From assembly GCF_006345805.1 (NCBI RefSeq), contig NC_042999.1, forward strand, positions 6,386,001-6,450,000: 64,000 nt of DNA. Direction: 5' to 3'. Under the pieces are notes generated by a model. The model saw only the letters and a program-made list of their open reading frames with translations, was not told the DNA's origin and did no database searches. Source of the stretch: Octopus sinensis. Taxonomy: Eukaryota. The position numbers and the translations under genes are program-made. Shown piece after piece: positions 27,701 through 42,200 of the stretch (position 1 is its first letter; every line of letters begins with the position of its first letter).

Positions 27701-28511
27701 ATTTCTTCATTATAACTTAAATTATATGTAAAATTTGATTACTTCTTTCAGTAATTGAAGCAGAATATTTTAGATTAAATTTAAGGTTAAGTTCTAGCGT
27801 TATTAGAATGGGGTTATGAGTTCATATTATGCGTTGGTGCCACCTGTTTGTGTAGAAAATTTGTAAACTTTATAAAAGCAAGAATCTTAGAACCTTGGGG
27901 TTCCTAAGGACTGTGTCCAATAATGGTGAAATAAATCTGCATTTTTTTTGGATAGGGTATCGGTTTCTAGCAGTTGACAATCTCAGAAAATGTAACCGAT
28001 TTTTAACTAAGATTTGTAGGATTTAGAGATCTACTGGAAGCTGGGTGGGATGGTGAGGGATAAGATACAAACCCTTAAAACTTCAACCAAAAGTCTGTTT
28101 CTTAGGCCACCAACCATTTTGCTCCTATAATGGTTTCATTAATTCACATAAAATGTAAAAAAAATTATGTTGAAGGCACATGACTCAGTGGTTAAAGTGT
28201 CATGCTCATTATCATGAAATAGTGAGTTCAATTCCTGGACCAGGTTATGTGTTGTGTTCTTGAGCAAGATACTTTATTTCATGTTGCCTCAGTTCACTCA
28301 TCTGTAGAAATGAGTTGTGATGCAACTGGTGCCAAACAGGTATCGGCCTTTGCCTCTCCTTTGGATAACATCAGTGGCTGGTATGCATGTTCTTCCATAA
28401 ACAACCTTGCCTGGAGTTGTGCCTAGGAGAATGACTTTCTAGGTTTAATCCCCTGGTCATTTATGACCAAAGGGTTTCTTTATGTTGAATGGATTTGTTG
28501 AAGCTGTATAT

Positions 28512-28574
<63 letters not shown>

Positions 28575-29332
28575 ACACTCACACAGTGTCACAAAAAGTC
28601 ACTGATGGGTTTCAGTTTTTAATAACTTCCATAACTTTACAAATAAATGGATGAAATTTTGATACAAGATAAAGGACATAATGGAAATTAATGTGCACAA
28701 GTCAAAATTTTGCAACAACACTACATCACAAATGAAAAATGACATTGCTTAAATGGTTGCCATTTTTGTCTTTGTACTCCTGTGCTCTTTCCAAAACTTG
28801 CAACATAGCACCCTCAAGAGTTTCAGACCCCACTTCTTTGATTTCTCTATTGATGTCCTTCTTCAGTTGCACCAGGGCCTCCTGTTTGTTGATGCCAACC
28901 CTCTCTTTCAGGTATCCTTACAAGAAAAGATCCAGGCTAGTCAAGTCTGGAAAACGTGAAAGCCATTCAAAGTAGACCTCACACAGGGTTCCAGCAAGAT
29001 GGGGCAAATGCTCATACCACAAGAGAAACAATGCAGTGCTTTGGATAGAGAATAATACCCTGCCATGGCAATGTCAACTGGCCTTCATGTTCCCCAGACT
29101 TGACTAGCTCAGACTTTTTCTTGTGGGGATACCTGAAAGAGAGGGTTTATGTCAAATGGTTGCCATTTAAGCAATGCCATTTTTCACATGTGATGTAGTG
29201 GCATTGCAAAATTTTGACTTGTGAACATTGATTTCCATTAAGTCCTTTATATTGTATCAAAATTTCATGCATTTATCTGTGAAGTTAAGGAAGTTATTAA
29301 AAATTAGAACCCATCAGTGACTTTTGGGACAC

Positions 29333-29420
<88 letters not shown>

Positions 29421-29425
29421 ATATT

Positions 29426-29456
<31 letters not shown>

Positions 29457-32400
29457 ATTTCAAAAGGCACGTGGTTTAGTGGTTAGTGTTGGGCTTTTAA
29501 TCATGAGGTTGTGAGTTTGATTCCCGATCAGGGCTGTATGTTGTGTTCTTGAGCAAGGCACTTCATTTCACATTGCTCCAGCTTAGTTGGCTGTAGCAAG
29601 GAGTTGGGTTGTCACTGGTGCCAAGCTGCATCAACCTTTGCTTTTCTCTTGGACAACATTGGTGGTGTGGAATGGTGGGGAGGTTGGTATGCATAGGTGA
29701 CAGCTGGTCTTCCACAAACTGGACTTTTGCCTTGGAGAGGAACTTTCTAGGTGTAACTCCATGGTTTTGACCAGAGGGAGTCATATATATCTTAGAAACA
29801 TTAGCACATTAGTTGTGTGAAAATATTGGCCATTTTTTGGAAATGGGAATTCATGGCAGTTTTATAAGCATGAGAGAATCACGTTGTGGCACGGAGATGT
29901 CTAAAAAGCAAATAAATTGTCCTGTTTCTCTGATCTTGATGTTTCTTAGGAACTTTACTTAATGCAGGTGGTAGTGGGTTGATATACATCGACCCATCTA
30001 CATTCCGCCGTACTTCCACTGTTACGACAAGCACCAGTGCCAGTCAAGAGAGTGTAGTTACCATGGCTACGACAGCAAGTCAGCTGGCACGAGCATTTGG
30101 CATTGTAGTACGTCAGATTGCTGATTTGATGGCTATGTTGCAAGACTACCACACTTTGGCTCCGAATCTCCGAAGAATATTGGAAATCACTGAGCAAGAT
30201 GCTCTTGAACAACAGGTAATTAACCTTCATTCCTTTCTTTCAACATTTTTCTCTGAGCATTTGCCAGCTTTTAACCCTTTCGTTACCAACCCGGCTGAAA
30301 CTGCCTCTGGCTCTGTAGTACAAATATCTTGTTTTCATAAATTTTGAATTAAAATCTTCCACCAAACCTTAGTCACAATTAATGTACCTAATACTAGCTG
30401 AATGATAACGAAGTTATTTTACTAAATTTTTTGTTTAAAATTAATTGAAAGAAACACAGCATCTCAACAGAAATAGGGTAACAAAAGGGTTAAAGTCTCC
30501 ATGATATTTTTAACCCTTTTGATACCAACCCAGCTGAGATTGCCTCTGACTCTGAGTACAAATGTCTTGTTTTCATAAGTTTTGAATTAAAAATCTTCCA
30601 CCAAACCGTAGCCACAATTTATGTTCCTAACACTAGCTTAATGATAACTAAGTTATTTTACTAAATTCTTTGTTATATTTAAAATTAATTGAAAGAAATA
30701 CATAGCATCTCAAAATAAATACAGTAACGAAAGGGTTAATCAACTTGATTTCTTTTTCATTTCCATTATAACAAAAGATCTCAGTGATTTTATAAGTTTG
30801 ATGTTCTTTTCTAACCATACTTCTATTCTAATTCTGTCTATGTGAAGTTGAGATTAATCAAGAATTGGAATTAATTTAGCAAACTAATTAACTTCATTAA
30901 GCTGATGCGGCAAACATGTCTGAATAAACAGGGTATGAAGTTATTTGGGAAGATTTGAAAATTAAATTTTTATAAGTATTTTAGTTTTAATTTTGATTGA
31001 AGATTGAATTTCAATTTGAGTTTTAGAAATATTTCTTTAGTTTATTCCTTTCCGTTTCTATTTTATAGCAGTTTCTTAATTTCATCAATTTGAAATATCA
31101 AAACTAATTTTCACTGTTCTAATGTCTTTACAAAATTGCTTTCATTTAGTAAATGTTGATAATTGTTTTATATTTTTGTTAGAATTATTTAAATCGTCAT
31201 CTGAAACCAACATGGGATTGGCTGATTACAGTTATGGATTCTACAGAAGCCCAGCTTCGGTTTGGTTCTGCTCTTAGCAACAGTACAGACCCTGCTAGTC
31301 CAAGTCACCCACTACATTCAAATTATGTCCGAAACTTGAGAGAGAGATCTAATCGAGAGGAGCAGAGAGTTTCCCAAGTTTTGGATAACCGACGAAGAAC
31401 ACGTTTTGGAACATTAGGTATAGCATTCTGTTTATTGACCCAATTCCTGTAAAGTTGGTAAAATAACTGTCTTGAAATTTCATGTCCACTGTCAGTCAAT
31501 TGGTCTGTCAGTGTTTTAAATCCGGGTTTTGTCCTTATTAATGGGGGTGACCAAATCTACCTCAATGCCATAGCAACCACCCTCACACCATCTCACCGTT
31601 TTGGGTGTCTTCTCTTCTTAAGGCAACCCTCCCTTATCTCCTCCTCCACCTGTCTCCTACATGGTTTCCTTGGTCTACCTCGCTTTCACTGTCCATTTAC
31701 CTCCAATTCAAGCACCCTCCTCAGAACATGCTCCTCATCCCCCCCTCAAAACATGCCCCTATACCACTGCACTCCATTCGCCCTTGCCAGTCATTCCACT
31801 GATTCCTCAAACCCCAGCATCCCCATCAAGTCCCCAGTTCTCCTCTTATTAAACAGCCTCACTCCACACATTTCTCTCACCCTTCCTCTCTCTCTGTCCT
31901 TCTCAAAATTGCCATCTCTCTGTAATTTTAGCAAATAGTCATATGGAAAAAAATTGTTAATTGTTGGGAAAATACAAAGTCTTTAGCTTATAAAGTGTGT
32001 AGGACATCACTATTTGAATAAATTTATCAGTGAAAAAACTATAAACTGTTGTAGTTTGCTTCTCTTTAATAAGACAGCGTAATTAACGTTTTTGCTTTGT
32101 TAGGAATTTCCCTGTCCCTCCTCCTCCTCCAATAAAGTTGATGTTTTCATTTAATGTAATGCAACGTTTAACATAGCCTAGATTCCTGATCATATTGTAC
32201 TGATAACACCCAGTTATATTGAAATAGCAACTGTATATGAAAGTGAAGGGCTCTATGATCAAAAGAAAGATTAAAAGAAAAGGTGATCAAATAAATGCAT
32301 AAAGATCATATACTTCTTTCATTTCACTGATGGGGGGAAAATAAAATAAGATATGGTTTACTTGTAAGATGGTTCTCTTGCTTACCATAGAGATGATGGA

Positions 32401-35400
32401 CCAATCACCTGTTTGGTATAAGTTTGTATATTCATTTATGTCACCGTGGTACAGCTTTGTGCTTCCACATCTTTGACATGGTTTAAATTAGAAATGTTTC
32501 ATTTCATGTGTTATTTTTTCTAAATCAAAATGGTTTATTTAAAATAACGGGAAGGAAATGAACTCATTTTTGATTTAATGTATTGATGGAAAAATATATT
32601 TTACTTAAAAAAACCCTTTGCCTGTCCAAAGTATTTTCATAAATGTGTCCTAAATGTCCAGGCTGGTTTTCAGACTTCTAGTTAGCCTTTGTTCCATATG
32701 TTCCGTAATGCTTTTCTTCCACTATTCCCAAGTTACTCTGGTCATTAAAATATCTCTCATACATGATGCATGGACACAAGATAAAAATGTCCAGTGCTTA
32801 ACCTGTAATACACTAAAAAGAGCAAAGGGTTGATACTTTTCCGTTCTTTCTTTTGAAACGAGTCCATTATAAAATTTCACAATTTATAAATTTAAATTTT
32901 TTCCAATGAATTTTTCAGCTGCATCTGATGGTAATTCTGCACGCCGGGATTTTCTCAATTACGCATTATCTCTAATGAGGGCTCACAATGACGAACATTC
33001 GGACAGCCTACCAATTATTGATATTTCTGCCCTGAGACACGTAGCCTATGTTTTTGATGCTTTGATTTACTTCCTTCGAAGCGGGACAGACACCGACACC
33101 GAAGTCTTGAGAGATGGTATCTCAGTCCATTCCTGGCAAGATCATGACCTAAATGACAACGAGGAACATGACGACGATCCGATGAGTAGTGTTGCCTTAG
33201 ATGCTGAAAGTGTTGATGGTGACAGTGATGCTGGTGGGCGTACGGGACGGAAGCATCCATTCTTTCAACGTTCCGATTCCACAATTTTCCTCGGGTGTCC
33301 GCCACCCGATCCGTTCAGTATTCCTCTCATCGAAGCTCTCCCCCTTGCTGATCTTCCTCACTTGCTTCAACCCAATTCACGCCGAGAAGATTTATTCGGA
33401 ATTGCCCGCCAAGCCATCCACCCGACGGACGCGGGCGAGTCAAGCGCAGATGTTAGTGGTGGAACGTCTGCTGGTTACAGTGCCAACGTCTCAGGGAGTA
33501 TATCGACCAATTCCTTTGAAAAAAAAATGCCTGTTCACCTGTCCTTGTCCCTACGTTTACAAGACACACAGAACGCAGCTTCATCGACCGTGGAAGCTTC
33601 AACATCGACATCTGATAGGCAGGAAATAGTAAGCACCAGCGTCATTGTAAAGCCAACAGCTCAAACAGGGGCAACATCAAACCCACCTGTCACAACTGCT
33701 ACTTTCTCTACAATATCATCCACTTTAAGCACTTCAACACCCTCTTCTGGGCTAGAGACGACTGTTGTTTCTAGCACCAGAGCTGCTGCCACGTTGATGA
33801 CTGCTCCTGGACCCACAGCTATGGAGACATCAGAGATCGATTCTCACTCTCAGCACACTCTGCTCCAGTCCCTGGCCAACAGTGCCACCTCGTTGTGTGT
33901 GTCTTCATCCCAGGCTGCTGTGCAACTGCCACCACCTCCCCCGCCGCCGCCGCCGCCCCCTCAGCAGCAGCAGCAGCCCCCCAACTCCGTTTCTCTGTCT
34001 ACCCAACAAGCCAGCGTGATAGTACATGCCAGCTCTGCGCAGAGCAGCTGCAACACGCCCACCGTGATGTCGACAGGACCCGTCTTTGCCGTCAGCAGCA
34101 GTGTCGTTACTAACAACAGCAGCAGCAGCAGCAGCAACAACAGCCGTGCTATAGTGGTGATGCCGTCAGACTCTAATTCTAACGAAATGGTAACTGCCCT
34201 AGCTGCAGCACCACAAACCACAACTCTTCAACCTGGAAGTACCTCTCCTTTGGCTGTTTCTACATCGACTCCTGGCAACCAAAACAATCCTACTTCTTCA
34301 GCCGTTAATGCCCTAGCTCCAGTTTCTGATGTTTCCACCCAACAACCGAGACCAGGGCTTTCTGTGACCACCCCATCTGATTCATCAGTCGCTATTGCTG
34401 ACAGGTTAGGACACCTTTCTTTCTTTCTTCAGTTTATTTCAAATTTATTCAAAATTGTTGATTCATTTTAGAAAAAATAATCAAACAAATTAAAATATTC
34501 GATTTTGAACTTGATATGAAATATATTGTGAAGGCACTTGGCCTTGGGGGTTAGGCTGTTTCATTCGTGACTGCTAGATCAGGAGTTCAATTCCCAGACC
34601 TTGTGGTGTATTGTGTTCTCGAGCAGATCACTTCGTTTCACGTTATTCCATCTGAAGGCTAAGACAGTGCAAAGTGCATTGTGATGAGTGATGTGTAACA
34701 ACATTTGATAGTCTGGTTGGTCATTTGATGAAATATATTGATTTTCCTGGTTTCATATTTTATTACAGTTATTGCATTTATGTATCTGAAAGAGGTTTCA
34801 AATCTGTCTAACCTAACGAATTTAGAATTAATACTAATTACAAATCTTTTTATTAATGTTTGTGTATGCATGAACATGCGTCCAACCCATGTTAAATGAT
34901 CATCATCATGTTCATTGAATGTCTGTTTTCCATGCTGGCATGGGTTGGACAATTCGACCGGATTCAATGAACCGGACAGCTGCATTCAGTTCTGTCTGTT
35001 TCATCTTGGTTTCTCTGGCCGGATGCCCTTCCTAACACCAACCACTTTACAGGGTATATGCTGGGTGCTTTTTATGTGGTACCAGCATTAGTCAGGGTAC
35101 CAAGTAACTGAAATGAGCTAGGTTGCAATAGAGAGGGAGGTGGTTTTATGAGGGGCTAAAGTATGATAGAGGGACAGGAATGAGGGTATTCTCTGGGCTA
35201 ATATATATCGTCATCCTTTTAACATCCACTTTTCCGTGCTTGCATGGGTCAGGCAGAGTTTATTGGCTGGATACCTTTCCTGTCACAAACCCTTACCTGT
35301 TTGCAAGCAAGGTAAGGCTGGACCTTTTTACACATATTAGAAATGAATGATGGTTACTTTTGTCAAGACAAAATGACACTAACATACAAACACACACACA

Positions 35401-35955
35401 TGGCCTGAAAGCCCCTACAAATGAAGTTGACTATATCGAGACCTATGGGTCAAAAGAAAGTTGGGGGAACTTAGAAATTAGAACAGCCACTAAGTTAAAA
35501 CACAACTGGCCAGATATTTTTGTGTGGGACCACAAGGAAAAGATACGTTCTGCTGTGGAAATCAGCTGCCCTCTGGGCCCCAATGTGGTTTAAAAAATAC
35601 AAGAGAAAGAGGTCATCTATGAACCATTGATAAAAAGGTTGCATGTCCAGGATGCACTTTCAGCTTCATGCTCGTTATTTCTTTGCTACAAACTAGCTGA
35701 CCGGTCAAAATTTACTCTTAATGACATTCATTCATTCATACTCTTTACTCTTTTACTTGTTTCAGTCATTAGACTGCGGCCATGCTTGAGCACTGCCTTT
35801 AGTCGAGCAAATCAACCCCAGGACTTATTCTTGTATGCCTAGTACTTATTCTATTGGCCTCTTTTGCCAAACGACTAAGTTACGGGGACATTAACACACC
35901 AGCATCAGTTGTCAAGCGATGTTGGGGGGACAGACCAAGCATATACATACACTAC

Positions 35956-35986
<31 letters not shown>

Positions 35987-36972
35987 ATATATATATACAC
36001 GACGGCTTCTTTCAGTTTCCATCTACCAAATCCACTCACAAGACTTTGGTCAGCCCGAGACTATAGTAGAAGACACTTGCCCAGGTTCCACGCAGTGGGA
36101 CTGAACCCGGAACCATGTGGTTNNNNNNNNNNNNNNNNNNNNNNNNNNNNNNNNNNNNNNNNNNNNNNNNNNNNNNNNNNNNNNNNNNNNNNNNNNNNNN
36201 NNNNNNNNNNNNNNNNNNNNNNGCCACATCTGGCACCTGTGTCGGTGGCACATAAAGACACCATCCGAAGACCCGGCGACGTAGACAGTCCACCTGTGCA
36301 TACCTTCCTTCTTGTGACACTTGTGAAGACCTGTTGAGGCAAGTGACACTTGTGAAGACCTGTTGAGGCAAGTGAAAATCAAATCAAATCAAAACAAATC
36401 AAAATAGATGAGCATAAATGGAATTTGTATCTTTGTGGTACCAGTGGCCGGTGGCACACAAGAAAGTCATCCGAACGTGGCCGTAGCCAGTACCGCATAG
36501 ACTGGCCTCCGTGCTTTGGGGACGTAACAAACACCATCCGATCGTGGCCGTCCGCCAGCCTCATCTGGCACCTGTGTCGGTGGCACATAAAACACACCAT
36601 CCGAGCGTGGCCGTCTGCCAGCCTCGTCTGGCACCTGCCAGCCTCATCTGGCACCTGTGTCGGTGGCACATAAAAACACCATCCGAGCGTGGCCGTCTGC
36701 CAGCCTCGTCTGGCACCTGTGTCGGTGGCACATAAAAAAACCATCCGAGCGTGGCCGTTCGCCAGCCTCGTCTGGCACCTGTGTCGGTGGCACATAAAAT
36801 CACCCACTACACTCTCGGAGTGGTTGGCGTTAGGAAGGGCATCCAGCTGTAGAAACACTGCCAGATCTGACTGGCCTGGTGCAGCCTTCGGGCTCCCCAG
36901 ACCCCAGTTGAACCGTCCAACCCATGCTAGCATGGAAAACGGACGCTAAATGATGTGATGATGATGATGATG

Positions 36973-37007
<35 letters not shown>

Positions 37008-39173
37008 TGGCCTGCTCGCTTAGCCAGCGGGGTGGTATCATTGAAGGCTAAAACTATGCGAAGCGCATTGTGACCAGCGATGTGTAGCAACATCTGATAG
37101 CCTGGTCGGTCACATGATATATATATATATATTATCATCATTGTTTAACGTCTGTTTTCCGTGCTAGCATGGGTTGGATGGTTTGACTGAGGTCTGGAGA
37201 GCCAGTGGCTGCACCAGCCTCCGATCTGCAGTTTCTACAGCTGGATGCCCTTCCTAATGCCAACCACTCCGAGAGCGTAGTGGGTGCTTTTTACGTTCCA
37301 CTGGCACGAGAGTCAGTCAGGCGGGATTGGCATTGTTCATGTTCGAATAGTACTTTTATGTGCCACTGGTACAGGAGCCAGTCAAGGGGTACTGGCATCA
37401 GCCACATTCGCATGTGTGTGTGTGTGTGTGTATATATATTATATATCATCATCATCATCATTTAGCGTCCGCTTTCCATGCTAGCATGGGTTGGACGGTT
37501 CAACTGGGGTCTGGGAAGCCTGAAGGCTGCACCAGGCTCCAGTCTGATCTGGCAGTGTTTCTACGGCTGGATGCCCTTCCTAACGCCAACCACTCCGTGA
37601 GTGTAGTGGGTGCTTTTTATATGCCCACTAGATCATGGGTTCAATTCCTTCCTTTCAAAGAGGCAATGACTGAGACCTTTGGCATTATGTCTTGCTTGAG
37701 AAGAAAACCCATCAAGCCAAGCAAAAATCAATGAGTTTGATGTTAGTTCAATATTTAATGGCTTAATGGGAGGATGAAGCCTGAGCGATTAGTGAAGAGG
37801 TGTGTGTGAAAGAAACCATTACTTCTGGCTTTTCTGCAGATTGGAAAACTGATTCCATTGCTGGGAGATGATTAAAAGATTAAACCTAAATCTAAGAACT
37901 GATCCAATCCATCAGATGGTTCTGTCTGTTGAATTTCCCTTTGGTCTTTGGTCAACTTTAATTTCTGCTAGAAGATATCTGCTAAACTGCTGCGAGACTG
38001 ACCCCCCCCCCCTCTTGTTTTAAGATGTTTTTATTTCTTTTTTTTTTTAGATAGTTTTTGCAGCTGGAAATGTGCAGTGAAATTAATTTTTCCTCTATTT
38101 TTGTCTCTTTTTAGACCACAGAATGCCATTGGTCAACAAGTATCACATGACATCTTATTAGGGAGATGGCGATTATGCTTGGACCTCTTTGGTAGAGTAT
38201 TTTGTGACGATGTTGGTGCGGAACCTGGATCTGTGATACATGAATTGGGGGGCTTTCCTGTTAAAGAAAGCCGGTTCAGAAGAGAAATGGAGAAAATCAG
38301 AAATTCACAACAGAGAGACTTATCATTAGAGGTAAAAATCAGGTTTTAATTACTCTGAATTGTTTGATTATTATCACCCCCAAATTTTCCTTTGTTAACG
38401 AAGTTTATTAGAATTTTATTATTTGTAACTGATTAAATACATTTGGTGATGTTAACAGGAAAGACAGAACTCAAAATAAAAGTGTGTGCATGTGTGTTAA
38501 AAGCAATAGTGACCCTAGGGCCAAGAATTTCATGTGTTGTCAAAAGTGCTAAGTTGAATTAGTGCTAATGCCTGAAGCTCAGAGCTCTTTGAGTCACTTT
38601 GTTGATTCTGCTAAATATTAATAAAAAAAAAATAAAATTAATAAAAAAATGATTAAATATGTCATCATCATCCATCATTTTGAATTCGTGTTTTATCCCT
38701 GTTAGAGGGGGTGGCCAGATCTACCTCAATGCCATAGCAACCACCCACACACCATCTTGCCATCTTTTAGGCGTCCTCTCTTTTCAAGCCAACCCTCTCA
38801 ATCTCCTCCTCCACCTATCTCCTCTACATTGTCCTCGGTCTACCTCGCTTTCAATGTCCATTCACCTCAAACTCTAGCAACTTCTTCAGAACATGCTCCT
38901 CACCCCACCCCCCAACACATGCCTATACCACCATACTCCATTCACCCTTGCCAGCTGTTCAACTGATTTCTCCAGCCTCAGCATCCCCATCAAGCCCTCA
39001 GCCCTCCTCTTATCAAACAGCCTCATGCCACACATTTCCCTCATCATTGCTCTCTCAGCCCTTCTCAAAATTGCCATCTTTCTCTCTCTCTCTCTCCCTC
39101 AAACGCCATGTCTCACTCCCAGACAGCATTGCAGCTCTTACACAACTCCTATAGACCTTTCCTTTCGTGTCGT

Positions 39174-39229
<56 letters not shown>

Positions 39230-42200
39230 TTGGTTTCTAATGATAGATTTATTTTTCACTTGCAGGTTGAACGTGATCGCACCTCTTTAATTACTCAGAC
39301 ATTTAAACAATTAAATACCCAATTCAATCGAAGAACCAATGCCTCTGGGCCACCGCTTGCTGTCCACAAAGTGAAAGTGACCTTCAAAGATGAGCCTGGA
39401 GAAGGAAGTGGTGTTGCTAGAAGTTTCTACACAGCTATGGCAAACGTGAGCAGTTTCTGCTAATTAACCTTTCATTGGAAATACAAGACTCTTAACATTC
39501 AGCTTCTAATTTCTACTTTTTCTTTATTATTGGAACAATCCGGAAGAAGTTGCTGTAATCGTGGCCTTCTCGGACTCTTTCACAACACACACACACAGTA
39601 CTGCATTGACCATTACTCTTTTACTTGTTTCAGTCATTTGACTGCGACCATGCTGGAGCACCGCCTTTAGTCGAGCAAATCGACCCCGGGACTTATTCTT
39701 TTGTAAGCCCAGTACTTATTCCATTGGTCTCTTTTGCCGAACCGCTATGTGACGGGGACGTAAACACACCAGCATCGGTTGTCAAGCAATGCTAGGGGGA
39801 CAATCACACACACACACATATATATATATATACACATATATACGATAGGCTTCTTTTCCGTTTCCGTCTACCAAATCCACTCACAAGGCTTTGTGCGGCC
39901 CGAGGCTATAGCAGAAGACACTTGCCCAAGATGCCACGCAGTGGGACTGAACCCAGAACCATGTGGTTGGTTAGCAAGCTACTTACCACATAGCCACTCC
40001 TGCGTATATTTTTTGTAAACATCATAAGCTGTTTTTCTTACTTGAAAATATTGACTGACGGACGGACGCACACACGTACACAATCATTAATGTAGAATTA
40101 AGTTATTTAAATGAATTTTACATGCATCTGATTTATTCTACAAAATTAGTGTGTATGTGTGTGTGTGTGTGTAATAAAGACTATGGATTATTTGAAAGGG
40201 AACAGCATTATCTTCTGTTTCATTTCAACTCCTGTTTAGTTTCATTGTAATTTCATATAGGTATATTTTGTCACTTACACATTAGGTACGCACACACACA
40301 TATATTGATGTGTGTGTGTATATATCTATATATATATATATATCTATATATATATATATATATATATCATCGTCGTTTAACATCCGCTTTCCATGCTGGC
40401 ATGGGTTGGACGATTTGACTGAGGTCTGGCGAACCAGATGGCTGCACCAGGCTCCATTCTGATCTGGCATTGTTCCTACAGCTTGATGCCCTTCCTAATG
40501 CCAACCACTCCGAGAGTAGTGGGTGCTTTTACATGCCACCGGCATGAGGGCCAGTCAATAAATATATATAAAAATTTGTAGTGTAGTATATGGATTCATA
40601 GAATCGTTTGACTGTCACAGAAAACTCCTTGTAGAGTTAAAGCACTGATGTAACTATGATGTTCTGCTGACCTGATGAGCCAGCTTTGTTTATCTGCCTT
40701 GATTCGTAAATATATAATTCTATTGTATAAAGCATAGCATGCATATTATATAAACCTAATTTATTAAACACCAAAATTATCATTCAATGATGAAGGCTGC
40801 GAAACAGCTGTAATCCTAAGGAGGACAAGTGGTTGAATAGAATATAAATTCACCTCTCATACCTCCTGACTTTTTATGATGTATGTGTAGTTTACAGTTC
40901 CAATGTAGGTAGGATCAACAACAAAAAGATGTATTCCATCCAGTGTGAGATAAATACCATTTAATATACACAATTACAAAAGGGCTACAAATAGTTTCAT
41001 GCTTTAAGATACGTGTTTTCTCATGCGTCCTGGCTTTTTTAAATAAATCTAACATTATATAACGAGCCTGAAGGATTGCTTGGACATGTTATATAAATCT
41101 GCCAATTTAGTGTACCATACAAGTATGAAACTATTCGTAGCTCTTTTGTAATCGTGTATATTAAATGACACACACACACAGTTTATCCTTCTTTGTGTTT
41201 TTTTTTCTTCTTGCTTTTCTCATGTTTACTCATAGTCCAGTTTCCCAGTTCTTAAATAGATCTAATGCATGGAACTGAGACTGAAAGACTTCATGGAGAT
41301 ACATTGCAAGTCATTTTAAATCTGCCAATTTGATGTATCCTAAAAGCATGAAACTATTTCTGGCTCTTTTGTAATCATGTATAATGAATGATGTATGTGT
41401 GTATATTAGGTATATATATTAGTTATTTTCTCTTTCTTAGGCTGTATTAACATCTGAAAAATTACCATCGCTTGAAGGTGTTTTAGTTGGTGGAAGTAAA
41501 AGCTTGCAGTATAGTAAGTACATTATTTCCTCTTGTGCCATATTTACTATTTACCATTAATATTTTGTCTCTCCATCATTAAATAATTGCTACGTATAAT
41601 AATCTAGTGCAATTGTGATGTATTTTAATTGTTATATTCTGTTGTGTCTGGGGAGAGTCATTTTCTTTTTGTGTCTTATAATTTAACACACTCACCAGTA
41701 AAATTTCCACTTTTTTCTTATTTTTATTTTCCTAAAATTTTCTTTTGTGTATTGCAACCTTTTCAATAGTTTTGACTATTGAAAAGGTTGCAAGACATAA
41801 AGAAAATTTTAGAAAAATGAAAAAAAAGAAATAAGTGGAAATTTTACCGGTGTTACATTATAAGGCACAAAGAGAAAATGACTCTCCCCAGACACAACAG
41901 AATATGCTTCAACACACGAATTCACATAAAGAATCTTGCAAACCAAATCCCAAAACGAAATATTGTTATAATTTACTGAAAATGGTCCAAACATTGTTTG
42001 TTTTCCAGATTTGATTCAAAGACTTCGGTCCAGAGAGAGAGAACGGGAACGGATGAGGTCGGCCCTTCAAAGACGCAGCAGAGAAGCCAGGCGAACCCTT
42101 TCTTATGATGCTCCACCGTTCTATATGCCTTCAGATAGCGCAGCTGTTGGGGCTGGTGGTGGTGGAGGAGGAGGAGGTGGTGGCAGTGGTGGTGGCGGTG

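Noticed and set aside
33015-34221. Antisense and alternate-frame ORFs over UBR5 exon 22
   Set aside because: Expected by-product of a GC-rich low-complexity coding exon
36123-36222. Possible missing UBR5 exon in the N gap
   Set aside because: Exon 22 (ends phase 2) joins exon 23 in frame, restoring the RPQ motif; not needed, though an alternative exon cannot be excluded
36460-36810. Regularly spaced repeats resembling a CRISPR array
   Set aside because: Eukaryotic intron; units are contiguous tandem copies without unique spacers, and there are no cas genes
40671-40700. ctgatgagccagc as another hammerhead
   Set aside because: No GAAA box or stem II closure follows
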